From Magallana gigas (taxonomy: Eukaryota), in NCBI RefSeq assembly GCF_963853765.1, contig NC_088854.1, positions 56,420,001 through 56,484,000 on the forward strand: a stretch of 64,000 bases of DNA, given 5' to 3'. The notes under the pieces are model-generated. The model had not been told where the DNA came from and made no database searches. It saw only the letters and a program-made list of their open reading frames with translations. A program made the position numbers and the translations under genes. Of the stretch, positions 12,705-25,135 are shown in pieces (within the stretch, counting starts at the first letter, position 1; each line of letters starts with the position of its first letter).

Positions 12705-13544
12705 GAGTTCAATATTGCTTGGATCCATACAATTTTCGAGAAATATTTCTATCACTGATACATAGTTTGATTGAATTAATTTTATCTTTAAATATTATTT
12801 AACATGATTCGTATGGGGGTTTCTCGACATTCTTGTCGAAAAGTCCCAAAATTCATATTATAAAAATGTTAGTAATTCAACTTCATGAATTAGAAACTAC
12901 ATGTACTTGTCATGCAAAATAACATATCATTGATTTTTAAAATAAATAAACATCGACAAAATCAACTCCCGTCAGTTCTTCAGTACTTTGATTATTGTTA
13001 TTACTACTATCTGAACTAAAACGGTCCAGGTAAATACGTTAAATCACTTGAAAGAAACATAAATTTGTGTCATGAATACTCAAATACACGTATATTTAAA
13101 TGCATTTCATGCTATATCAAACAATCTTGGTTAATACTTCAGTACAGTCATGGCGATAATCTGTCGTAACTTTAAATTTGTGGTTACTATAGAGAATGGT
13201 AAATGGTCATGCGCACTAAAAGTTTCCGGGGCTACACGAAGAAATACGTCAAAAACGTCCAGTATATAACGTAATATCAGACGATCTTGATTAATACTAT
13301 AATACAGTCATGGGGAGAGTCTATCTTTACCAAAATAGGACAACATACTGGTACTTCAGTATTTTGATCAACATAGCAGTAAATGGTCATGCAAAAAAAA
13401 CAACAAACCTATAGAAAATAACCCACTCACCCACCCAAATAAACGTAAATATACCGTTGCACTAAATTCAAAATTAACAACCAAAACAACCGCCATATAT
13501 AGTAAATTACAAATAATATACTTCATTTATCTGATCATGTACAA

Positions 13545-16500
13545 TCAATGTTCTTTTTCATTACACTGGCCTTTCCTAGTTAACATTAAATGTCGAATAT
13601 TTGAAGTCAATAAAATGAGAGCACCCAAAAACATAGAACTGCCTCCCACATAAAAGGCGTTCTCATATTGTCCGTTGATGTCTTTCAGAAAACCTGTGGG
13701 AAAAACAAGGGAATTTTAGTTGCATTTGAGTTTGGGAGAAAAGTCTTCATATTATTTAATTGATACATATATGAGAATATCTATTTTCATAGGGAAATAC
13801 TAGAATCTACTATTGATTTTTAATGAGTACATATTGAGAATTTAAAAGAAAAAAACATTTCAGGAAGATTATGAATAGTCAATCTGACAATATTTGTAAT
13901 CTTACCTGAGAAAGGCGGACCTATAAGCATTCCCACGCCCTGGAAACATATCAGGAGTCCGAAAGAGTTGATGAGTTTTTCCGCGCCCAACAGATCGACT
14001 AGGATGACGGACTTCTGGGAGATGAAGATTCCAATCAGTAGCCCGTACAGTCCACACACTACAAAGAGCTGGGTGTACGTACCTGTCATGGGGATAACAA
14101 AGGAGACCCCGCCCACCAGAAACATGATGATGTTGTAGATATACACCCGCGGAACCTTTTGACTTTCTTCAGATCAAGAACTACCCCAGAAAACACCCTA
14201 CCCACCCCGTCAAAAGCCCCGGTGATGATGACAAGATACGCAGACTCCATGTCAGTGTTTCCAAGCTGTTTACCGTAAGCAGGAAGGAACACGAAGGCAG
14301 ACTTAAAGGCAAGTGTGAACAACATTATGGCTAAACAGAATGATAAAAATCGGAAATCTTTTAGTAGAGAGAGTTCTAGATATTTATTTCTTGGGTGTTC
14401 TGGTTTCGATTTTGATCTGAATATACCACAACAGGAGTTTTGTTCTATCTCGATCTCTTTGTTCTTTGGATTGCTATTCATCGCAGACTTGCACTTTTCT
14501 TGACTCTTAGATAGCTGCTCTTCTTTTTCAGCTACATATAGTTTGGTTGATAGGTATTCTTGAACCATTGGTGCTTCGTTATCATTTTCTTTTAATAAAA
14601 CCTGCACGTGACAAGAATCTTTACAACCTTTTTTCCTGTTAAATTAAAGGAGAAAATGTTGACAAACATTAGTTCCATTTACAAACTGTCAAAATCAATG
14701 TTATAGGTATTTTCTTAAACTCTTGCCTTTTGTCAAAAGCCATCAGCAATCTTTGCTTCTGAAGAGGTCTTAACAGCATACCAGCTATACACAAGTTGAG
14801 TGCAAAGCCGGCTAATATATAGAACACTCCGCTGTAACCGTAAAAGTGGAAGGCCATCTCTACGATTACCGGGGCAGCGAACGACCCGAATCCAACCCCA
14901 GACGTTGCCAAACCCACGGCAATGCCTCTCTTTTTGTTGAAGTATATTCCAACAATCATAACGGCCGGTGCATATGCTAAACTACGTCCAAATCCTGAAA
15001 AAGAATCCGATTTTTCTTATATATGACCATGGCAGTCAGTTTAAACAAAGACATCTGTTAAGAACTTTTGTGTGTACATATACCTCCTATGAATCCAAAA
15101 GTGACGAAGACTGTCCACAGATTGGGTGCATACGCCGTCATAATAAGAGTAACGGTGAGGATGAGCGAACCCACGATGACCACGTGTCTGCAGGAGAATT
15201 TGTTACAGAGGAAACTACACAGAGGACCTATAAGAAAAATAACGTAATTACTGACCATATATTTCGTATCTTTCTAGCTGTTGTATGCAATTTGTGGTCA
15301 CTTTGACTGCGGTTACAAGAATGACCGGTAAAATATTGCATGTTCATGTTGAAATCATTTTAGGATGAATGAAGCTTGTAAGAAGAATGACATCGTATAA
15401 AATGTTTTCTGGATAAACAGGTGCCCAAAGGGGCACAGCCCTACCCAGCATGAGTCTGATGGCGGAAGCTATTGTGGTTGCCCATGCGGTGGTTGCGGCG
15501 CTCTGTCTGAACCGCTCTAAGAAGTACAGGTACAGCAGACCCGCGGACCGGTCCATTCCACCGATGATAAAGTGACACAGAAAGCTTCCAAAGACGATAA
15601 ACCAGCCCCACCCACCGTCAGGGACCACGACCTCTTCTCTCTGTGTAGAACACAATAATTAATGCACTTGAAAAATTACGCACTTTGAAAAATGTAATCG
15701 AGAAACTGTTTATCAAGTTATCTGAGAATGCATTGGGTTCTTTTTTAGCTCACCGAGACGAAGTCGGGGGGACCTTATGCTATATCCTCCTGTATCTAAG
15801 TTTTACTTGTCCTATCTTCAACAAACTTGCATGGATGATGAATCTGGACCTACTTATGGACTTCAAAGACTTGGATGTTTAATTTGGGCCATGAATTTTA
15901 GATGATGTAGGAGGTTAAGGTTTTTGGAGCAGGTTAAAGTTTATAAAGCAGGTGGCTTTTGATATCAATTTCTAAGTTACTACTGGTCCTAACTTCACCA
16001 AACTTGCATGAACAGTGCGTCTTATGATACTGATGCACCTGACAAGATTGAATGCTGAATCTGAGCCATATGTCTTGAATGCTGGAGGAGGTTAAGGTTT
16101 TCAGAGCTGGTTAAAGTTTTTGGAGCAGGTGCCTTAGATGATTATATCCAAATTATTACTGATCCTAACCTCACCAAACTTGCATAGATGGTGCGTCTTA
16201 TAATACTAATGCTCCTTACAGGCTTGAATGCTGAATCTGAGCGATAGGTTTTGGATGATGGATGAGGTTTAGTTTTTTTGAACAGGTCACATGTTTAATA
16301 GATAATAGTATCATATTTTAAACTTGCAGTTATAATGTAAATGAATCGCAGAGGTATCCTCAGATGCAGAGCCCGATCTCCATTATCAAAGATGATAAAA
16401 AAAACAACCTCACTCAAACTTGCTTGATATATGTGTTTGTTGTTTAATGATATCACAATATTCCTACTATATAATTTATTGTTATAAATAATACAATATT

Positions 16501-16818
16501 ATTGTTATAAATAATACAATATTAAATCATATATTATATTTTTTTAACGTAATCGAAGATTACGAAGATATCGAAGATATCAACGCACTTTGAAAAAAAT
16601 ATTTTTTTCAAAGTGCGTTGACTTTATCCAAAAATTAACACACTTTGAAATAAAAAAATGAAGTGCGTACTTTTCATTGTGTGTTGTAACAGTGCGTCTT
16701 AGGCAACAGAAAGTCGACTTTGAATGCTGTTTCTTACCTCGATATATATGGACGGGGAAATATCCTTGGAACCTTCCTGTCGGCCCGTCCCGTTGCCTGT
16801 CTTTTCCTCATCCTCCAT
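13545..16818 (-). pseudogene. SLC16/MCT monocarboxylate transporter, copy 1; 2-bp frameshift in exon 5 (pseudogene, null allele or assembly error)
   Basis: Exons 16818-16738, 15640-15445, 15227-15084, 14994-14727 (GC donor), 14635-13906, 13693-13545. MCT motifs PDGGWGW, GPLCSFLCNKFSCR, YFNKKRGIAVGLATSG. Extra GC at ~14149-14150 (ACCCGCGGAACC versus ACCCGGAACC in the other copies) shifts the frame. Confidence 0.85.
15741..16390. mobile_element. Helentron-associated (HINE/pearl-like) non-autonomous element with ~177-bp internal core repeats, in intron 1 of MCT copy 1
   Basis: Starts TTTTTAGCTCACCGAGACGAAGTCGG; core CCTAACTTCACCAAACTTGCAT recurs at ~15812, ~15988, ~16164; absent from the matching intron of copy 3. 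Right boundary approximate. Confidence 0.6.
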
Positions 16819-18652
16819 TATTTTAAATTTCCATAGTATAAATTATATATTTCTGGAAGTTCCGAAGAGTATACTAGAATGCCAATGTTCTGTATAAGCG
16901 ATAAACTTTGACTCTCTTATGTCACCATATCTAATCCTCTCTGTTACATTTATTATATTTTATCAAAAATACGGACTCGACATAAAAACTGTAAGGCGAT
17001 AATTTTTTTCAATAATGCATTTTAACATAAAATTTTGGACAATATTTTATTTTATTTAACTTCTTATATACAGATTTGTAATATTTAAAAGAAAATGGGG
17101 GAATAAGATGGCGCAAATGCCCATTCGGCTTAGAAGTGAGATACAATTTTGAATTTATTTTTTCCCAATTAAATCTATTTAAATATATTATAATACAAGT
17201 TTGCAAAAGTACAATTTCTAACTATATTCAGTTTTTAATATATTTAACAAAAGATAAGAACAAAAATTGCCTGCAATTTTTGTGGTATCGAACCCATAAC
17301 ATAAAAACTCTAGATATATAAGGTTAGCTCATGTCAGGTACTCTATTCTCTGTCATTTCAGACACAACAAAGTGCAGGCTGTTTAAATATTATGTGTGAC
17401 TTAGACCACGAATTTACGGACTTGTATTTTTTTTTTCAAAACGTTCAATTGCTGGGATACATAATGACATTTTTAATGTATAGTGGGTCTTCTCTACACG
17501 TTTTTGTTGATTGAAATCGGTTTGTTTTCCAAAATACCTTATTTAGATTATGAGAAAAATATGGAGCACAGACACACTCTATAAAAGAAAATGCCTTGAA
17601 GTTCTAAAAAAAAATGACAGTATTTGCAGGTTTTGATATTTATATATATAAATTTATATTGTTTTAAATGGTTTGTTAAAAAAAATATTAGATTTATTGA
17701 TATTTGAATTTTTCAGTAACTTGTCCGACCGTGTATGGGCATATTTAACGCCTTATCCACCCATCTTCTTTAAGGGATTTTTCTTAATTTTCCAAAACTG
17801 ACATACTTTTTTAAAAGGAAAAAAAAATTACAATCAAAAGTCTATAACATACAATAGATGGTTTTTCATTATTATCAATGTTTTTTTTTTATTCTGAGTA
17901 AACGCCATCGTTAAGCTTTCTTTAGATATAGAACATTTCCAAAATATAAACTTCATCATTGCATTCCATTCGATTCAAAGTTTTACAAATATTATAATTA
18001 CTTTCAATCTCATTAAACAATCACTCGTAAACGTTTGATATTGACGAGTTGCAAAGCATTTGAATAAGAGAACCAAACAAACAATCTTAGAAAAACTTTC
18101 ATTATTTCATTGTTATTATCTGAACTAAAAACGGGTCAGGTACATACGATAAAACACTTGAAAGAAACATAAATTTGTGTCATGAATACTCAAATACACA
18201 TGTAAATCTAAATGCATTTCATGCTATATCAAACAATCTTGGTTAATACTTCAGTACAGTCATGGCGATAATCTGTCGTTACTTTAAATTTGTGGTTACT
18301 ATAGAGAATGGTAAATGGTCATGCGCACTAAAAGTCTCCTGGACTACACGAAGAAATAAGTCAAAAATGTCCAATATATACCGTAATATCAGACGATCTT
18401 GATTATTATACTATAATACAGTCATGGCGATAATCTATCATTACTAAAATAGGACAACATACTGGTACTTCAGTATTTTGATCAACATAGCAGTAAATGG
18501 TCATGCAAAAAAAGCGTTATCGAAAATAATCCACTCACCCACCCCAATAAACGTAAATATACCGTTGCACTAAATTCAAAATTAACAACCAAAACAACCG
18601 TCATATACAGTAAATTACAAATAATATACTTCATTTATCTGATCATGTACAA

Positions 18653-19535
18653 TCAATGTTCTTTTTCATTACACTGGCCTTTCCTAGTTAACATTAAATG
18701 TCGAATATTTGAAGTCAATAAAATGAGAGCACCCAAAAACATAGAACTGCCTCCCACATAAAAGGCGTTCTCATATTGTCCGTTGATGTCTTTCAGAAAA
18801 CCTGTGGGGAAAACAAGGGAATTTTAGTTGCATTTGAGTTTGGAAGAAAAGACTTCATATTATTTAATTGAGACACATAGGAGAATATCTATTTTCATAG
18901 GTAAATACTAGAATCAACCATTGATTTTTAATGAGTACATATTGAGAATTTAAAAGAAAAAAACATTTCAGGAAGATTATGAATAGTCAATCTGACAATA
19001 TTTGTAATCTAACCTGAGAAAGGTGGACCTATAAGCATCCCCACGCCCTGGAAACATATCAGGAGTCCGAAAGAGTTGATGAGTTTTTCCGCGCCCAACA
19101 GATCGACTATGATGACAGACTTCTGGGAGATGCAGATTCCAATCAGTAGCCCGTACAGTCCACACACTACAAAGAGCTGGGTGTACGTACCTGTCATGGG
19201 GATAACAAAGGAGACCCCGCCCACCAGAAACATGATGATGTTGTAGATATACACCCGGAACCTTTTGACTTTCTTCAGATCAAGAACTACCCCAGAAAAC
19301 ACCCTACCCACCCCGTCAAAAGCCCCGGTGATGATGACAAGATATGCAGACTCCATGTCAGTGTTTCCAAGCTGTTTACCGTAAGCAGGAAGGAACACGA
19401 AGGCGGACTGAAAGGCAAGAGTGAACAACAAAATGGCAACACAGAATGACAAAAACCGGATATCTTTCAGCAGAGAGAGAGCTCCAGAAAGTTATTCCTC
19501 GGTTGTCCCGGCTTAGATTTAGATCTGAAGAAACC
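18653..19535 (-). pseudogene. SLC16/MCT copy 2: only the 3' part of exon 5 and exon 6, with a frameshift
   Basis: Exon 6 at 18801-18653; exon 5 remnant ~19535-19014. (AG)5 versus (AG)4 in copy 3 at ~19472-19481 breaks the frame. Homology to copy 3 stops near 19535; exons 2-4 absent. Confidence 0.88.
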
Positions 19536-19599
19536 ACAACAAGATTTCTGTTCTTTGTAACTTTTAACGTTTTTCAACTTAAGGATTTATTATTTTTTT

Positions 19600-20010
19600 C
19601 TTATCGTTTTTTGAAATATTTCAAACTGAATATAATTAGAAATTACCCTTTTGTCAACTTGTATTATAACATATCAAATATATTTAATTGAAAAAATGTT
19701 AAATTTGAAATTGTATTTTACGACTAAACCAAATAGGCAGTTGCGCCATCTTATTCACCCATCTTCTTTAAAATGATGGAGGAGGATGAAAAGACAGGCC
19801 ACAGGACGGACCGACTCCGTCCATATACCGGGTATATCGAGGTAAGAAGCAGCATTCAAAGTCAATTTTCGGCTGCCTAAAATGCACTGTTATACACTTT
19901 GTAAAATTTCCAAGTGCCTTAATTTGGGACCAAGTGAACGCACTTTGAAGAATAACAGATTTTTCCCCAAAGTGCGTTGATAGTGTAGATATTAACGCAC
20001 TTTGAAAAAA
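19600..20010 (+). pseudogene. Inverted duplicate of the MCT exon 1 and its flanks
   Basis: 19773-19841 reads MMEEDEKTGHRTDRLRPYTGYIE followed by GTAAG, homologous to exon 1 of copies 1 and 3 but on the opposite strand. 19620-19720 is the reverse complement of ~17140-17235. Confidence 0.8.
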
Positions 20011-20684
20011 AATGTTCAGGGTTTTTTTTTATATAATTGATACTTTAATATACAATAATAATTGGATCAACCTTGTTTAGCTCAATAGGATATATTTTTT
20101 AAAAAACCCAACAAATGCATTCTTCGCTAATAAAAAGATAACCAAACAAACAATCTTAGAAAAACTTTCATTATTTCATTGTTATTATCTGAACTAAAAC
20201 GGTCCAGGTACATACGATAAAACACTTGAAAGAAACATAAATTTGTGTCATGAATACTCAAATACACATGTATATCTAAATGCATTTCATGCTATATCAA
20301 ACAATCTTGGTTAATACTTCAGTAAAGTCATGGCGATAATCTGTCGTTACTTTAAATTTGTGGTTACTATAGAGAATGGTAAATGGTCATGCGCACTAAA
20401 AGTCTCCTGGACTACACGAAGAAATAAGTCAAAAATGTCCAATATATACCCTAATATCAGACGATCTTAATTATTATACTATAATACAGTCATGGCGATA
20501 ATCTATCATTACTAAAATAGGACAACATACTGGTACTTCAGTATTTTGATCAACATAGCAGTAAATGGTCATGCAAAAAAAAGCGTTATCCAAAATAATC
20601 CACTCACCCACCCCAATAAACGTAAATATAGTTGCACTAAATTCAAAATTAACAACCAAAACAACCGCCATATATAGTAAATTA

Positions 20685-21256
20685 CAACTAGAGGTACTGT
20701 GAGCAAGCTCACAGAAAAAAATCATAACGTGTGTATTTTTGCTATTATAGAAAATATTGGATGAATCTATTTCACTGTCCATTTTCTAAAAATAACAACT
20801 GCTTTATTTTTGAAAACTGTTAATTTTAAGCTTCTAATATTTCCATTAATACAAGACATGACACAGACAGAATTTAGCTTTTTTGAAACAATGACCTTGA
20901 ACTTTCTCAATTGACCTTGGGTCAAGGTCATGACACACCCTTTAATCATAAGCAATCTTTGTGTGAAGTAAGAACTTCCAATGTTTCCCCATAAGAAAGA
21001 TATGGACCGGACACGAATTTTGCATTTTTTCTGCCAGTGACCTTGACCTTGCCCGAATGACGTTGGGTCAAGGTCATGACACACCCTTAGGTCATAAGCA
21101 ATCTTTGTGTGAAGTAAGAACTTCCAATGTTTCTCCATAAGAAAGATATGGACCGGACACGATTGCACAGACAGACGGACAGACAGACAGACAGACGGAC
21201 GGACGGACAAGGTGATTCCTATATACCCCCCCAAACTTTGTTTGCGGGGGGTATAA
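20685..21256. mobile_element. Pearl/HINE-like (Helentron-associated) element with tandem cores, tetranucleotide microsatellite and 3' hairpin
   Basis: Interrupts a flank that is contiguous in copies 1 and 2 (GTAAATTACAA|ATAATATACTTC). Two core repeats GGGTCAAGGTCATGACACACCCT...GATATGGACCGGACACGA; (ACAG/ACGG)n at ~21165-21210; terminal CCCCCC..GCGGGGGGTATAA hairpin. Confidence 0.82.
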
Positions 21257-21288
21257 AAAATATACTTCATTTATCTGATCATGTACAA

Positions 21289-24165
21289 TCAATGTTCTTT
21301 TTCATTACACTGGCCTTTCCTAGTTAACATTAAATGTCGAATGTTTGAAGTCAATAAAATGAGAGCACCCAAAAACATAGAACTGCCTCCCACATAAAAG
21401 GCGTTCTCATATTGTCCGTTGATGTCTTTCAGAAAACCTGGGGGGAAAACAAGGGAATTTTAGTTGCATTTGATTATGGGAAAAAAGTCTTTATATTATT
21501 TAATTGAGACACATATGAGAATATCTATTTTCATAGGGAAATACTAGAGTCTACTATTAATTTTTAATGAGTACATATTGAGAATTTTTGAAAAAGAAAA
21601 AAAACATTTCAGGAAGATTATGAATAGTCAATCTGACAATGTTTGTAATCTTACCTGAGAAAGGTGGACCTATAAGCATCCCCACGCCCTGGAAACATAT
21701 CAGGAGTCCGAAAGAGTTGATGAGTTTTTCCGCGCCCAACAGATCGACTAGGATGACGGACTTCTGGGAGATGTAGATTCCAATCAGTAGCCCGTACAGT
21801 CCACACACTACACAGAGCTGGGTGTACGTACCTGTCATAGGGATAACGAAGGAGACCCCGCCCACCAGAAACATGATGATGTTGTAGATATACACCCGGA
21901 ACCTTTTGACTTTCTTCAGATCAAGAACTATCCCAGAAATCACCCTACCCACTCCGTCAAAGGCCCCGGTGATGATGATAAGATAAGCAGACTCCATGTC
22001 GGTGTTTCCAAGCTGTTTACCGTAAGCAGGAAGGAACACGAAGGCAGACTGAAAGGCAAGAGTGAACAACAAAATGGCAACACAGAATGACAAAAACCGG
22101 AAATCTTTCAGCAGAGAGAGCTCCAGAAAGTTATTCCTCGGTTGTCCCGGCTTAGATTTAGATCTGAAGAAACCACAACAAGATTTCTGTTCTTTGTAAC
22201 TCTCCACGTTTTTCATTGAGCCATTCTGCCCAGACACGCTATCTTCCTGGGTCTTCAGTAACGACAATTCCTTTTCAGCCACTTCAGCTGACTTGGTGTC
22301 TTGGACGACTAGTGTCATACTGTCGACATCCAGGTATCCCCCGTCCGTAGGATTTACTGCAGGAACGAACTCCGTCGGTAGCTGATTTAAACTGTCCCGA
22401 GAAATAAACGAATCGCTTTCTTTTAGTGGAAATTCAACATCAAAAGTTTTCATACTCTTTCTCCTGTCAAAGTAATTCAATAGGCATTTATAGTCACGAC
22501 TGCTCTTTGTCCTTTGTTATAAAGGGGTATTAAAATAAAGTAATTAATGTCATTAGAATAGAACAGACCTCTTGCCTTTTGTCATAAGCCATCAGTAATC
22601 TTTGCTTCTCCAGAGGTCGAAACAGCATACCAGCTATGCACAAATTGATGGCAAAGCAGGCCAGTATATAGAACCCTCCGCTGTAACCGTAGAAGTGGAA
22701 GGCCATCTCTACAATTGCCGGGGCAGCGAACGACCCGAATCCAACCCCAGACGTTCCCAAACCCACGGCAATGCCTCTCTTTTTGTTAAAATATATCCCC
22801 ACCATCATAACTGCGGGGGCGTACGCTAAACTACGTCCAAACCCTGAAAAAAGACTAGCCTATATTATCTCTGACCACTGGGATAATTTCTCAGCATTGG
22901 TGCAAATATAAAGAACGTGTTTTATACATGTACCTCCAAGGACTCCAAAAGTGACGAAGACTGTCTCCAGATTGGGTGCATACGCCGTCATAATATGAGT
23001 AACGGTGAGGATGAGCGAACCCACGATGACCACGTGTCTGCAGGAGAATTTGTTACAGAGGAAACTACACAGGGGACCTACAACAGAACGATCGCAGTTA
23101 CTGACCATGGTAATCTTATTTCATCAAGCTTAAAAAGGAATCCCCGCGCCATTTTTCCAGTGGCTCCATAACTTAATCTTTCGATGTCTATATCATTCAC
23201 ATGTATAGAGACTTTCATAAAAATATCCTGTTGTTAATAATAATATTCAAAGACAAAAGGTGCCCAAAGCGGCGCAGACGTACCCAGCATGAGTCTAAGT
23301 GCGGAGGCCAGTGTGGTTGTCCATGCGGTGGTTGCGGCGCTCTGTCTGAACCGCTCTATAAAGTACAGGTACAGCAGACCCGCGGACCGCTCCATGCCGC
23401 CGATGATAAAGTGACACAGGAAGCTCCCGAAGACGATAAACCAGCCCCACCCACCGTCAGGGACCACGACCTCTTCTCTCTGTGTATAGAACACAATAAA
23501 ATACATCAACTAGGCAGGACTCGTTCTCTTTGTGTCGAAAAAATACAGACTTACTAAATAAGGAATAAGGAATCATTCTTTGAGTATTATGAGGTGATAA
23601 TTTTGGTCAGGGCGTGATCAAATCCAATAAAGCCCGAAGGGCTTTATGATAGATTTGATCACGCCCTGACCGAAATTATCACCTCATAATATTCAAAGAA
23701 TGATTCCTTATTACTTATATTTATATAATTATAGGCCATCGTACGATTAAATATTTAAATGTAAATAAACAAACCCCGCTGGCGCCTTAATTTGGCGTCA
23801 TTTGAAGTTATGGGTTATATAGTACAAAATCGATACGTAGTGTTATCACAGGCAAAGACACTGGATGATGTAAATATAACAGTATAAACCCCGTTCTCTT
23901 CTCTCTATGCACAAAACAAAAGGACATGCATACTCTTCTCAATATAATATACACTGGGTATCAAAAATAAATTTTGGCGGCGTTTTATTTTTCAACATTC
24001 ACACCAGTATTGATCATCATTGGCTACAGAAATTTAAAAGCATGCTTTGTAAAACTAAACAGGACTCTGACTGCTGCTTCTTACCTCGATAAATATGGTC
24101 GGGGATGTGTCCTTTGAACCTTCCTGTCGGCCCGTCCCGCGGTCTGTCTGTTCCTCATCCTCCAT
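21289..24165 (-). CDS. SLC16/MCT monocarboxylate transporter, copy 3 (intact)
   Basis: Exons 24165-24085, 23479-23284, 23077-22934, 22843-22576 (GC donor), 22463-21655, 21437-21289. Phases consistent and no internal stops seen; MFS motifs PDGGWGW, YFNKKRGIAVGL, DGVGRVISG. Confidence 0.92.
23557..23880. mobile_element. Hairpin-ended non-autonomous element in intron 1 of MCT copy 3
   Basis: ~150-nt stem-loop 23564-23712 (AATAAGGAATCATTCTTTGA...TCAAAGAATGATTCCTTATT, centre GCCCGAAGGGC), then TTATATTTAT ... GTAAATATAA inverted pair. Absent from copy 1. Confidence 0.7.
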
Positions 24166-24948
24166 TAATGGTGCGTACTACACATGACCTGAAGTTCGGA
24201 AAGAATTACTAGAATGCCAACGTTCTCTGAGAGCGCTAGATAAACTGTCACAGGCCACCATATCAACTTGTCCTATATACTGACCTTCTTTTATGATGAA
24301 ATAAACGAGTTTATTACGTTAAAATTACATTATAACAGTACATAAAGTAAGGGCTAAAAAAATTGCGTATCCATTTGACATTTCCAAGGACATGATTATT
24401 GTTTTGCACTTCTCTGCACTGATAAATAACTTGGATATTTGCTAAATGATCAGACATGTAGAGAAAACCCACTTATGTGTCCTCCGCTTAATTACTAGCA
24501 TTCATTTCGTCATGATTTCATATTGGATTTCATTTTCGTAAACCATGATATGGAAATTTGCGACCTGTTTGCTCTGTAAGCACTTGTTTTTGTATTTTTA
24601 TACAACCTGAGCGCAATTATGACAAACAAATCATGTTACAGTTATAGTATGCATCTGCCATTTTTCCATGTTGAATGTATGAAACGAAAAATAACTTTCT
24701 GACTTTGAAATAAAGAATTTGTTTTCATGTGTCAAATGTTCCAACGAATAGCTACATATTTTGACCAAAATTTCGAGTTCAAAGTCGTATTTAAACTATA
24801 AAATACATGCGTGTAAGTCGTGCTATGAAACCTACAAAAACTCTTATCAGGGCAGGCTGGAGATTGGTGACGGCGGTGCACAACAGTTGCATTCAGGGTA
24901 AAACTACGATAAATACTGCCCAAGTTCTAATCACTTAGTTAACATTAA

Positions 24949-25135
24949 AGGGGCATAGTCACGATTTTGGTCAAAAATCATTTTTCCGATTTTAATGTGT
25001 ACAATCAGTAAGGCATTTTTACTAGACAGTCACTATTTGAGTGTCTTTCATTGAGTTATAAGCAAGTTATACTTACAATTCTTTCCTATGTAGACAAAGC
25101 TTTTGTTTACATTTTGAACGTTGAAATGAAAATTC
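24949..25135. mobile_element. Truncated Kolobok-like (TTAA-targeting) non-autonomous transposon end
   Basis: TTAA followed by AGGGGCATAGTCACGATTTTGGTCAAAA; matching opposite TIR not found. Confidence 0.4.

Noticed and set aside
20767-21327. ORFs of 66-167 aa
   Set aside because: They lie inside the non-coding pearl/HINE element and its microsatellite.
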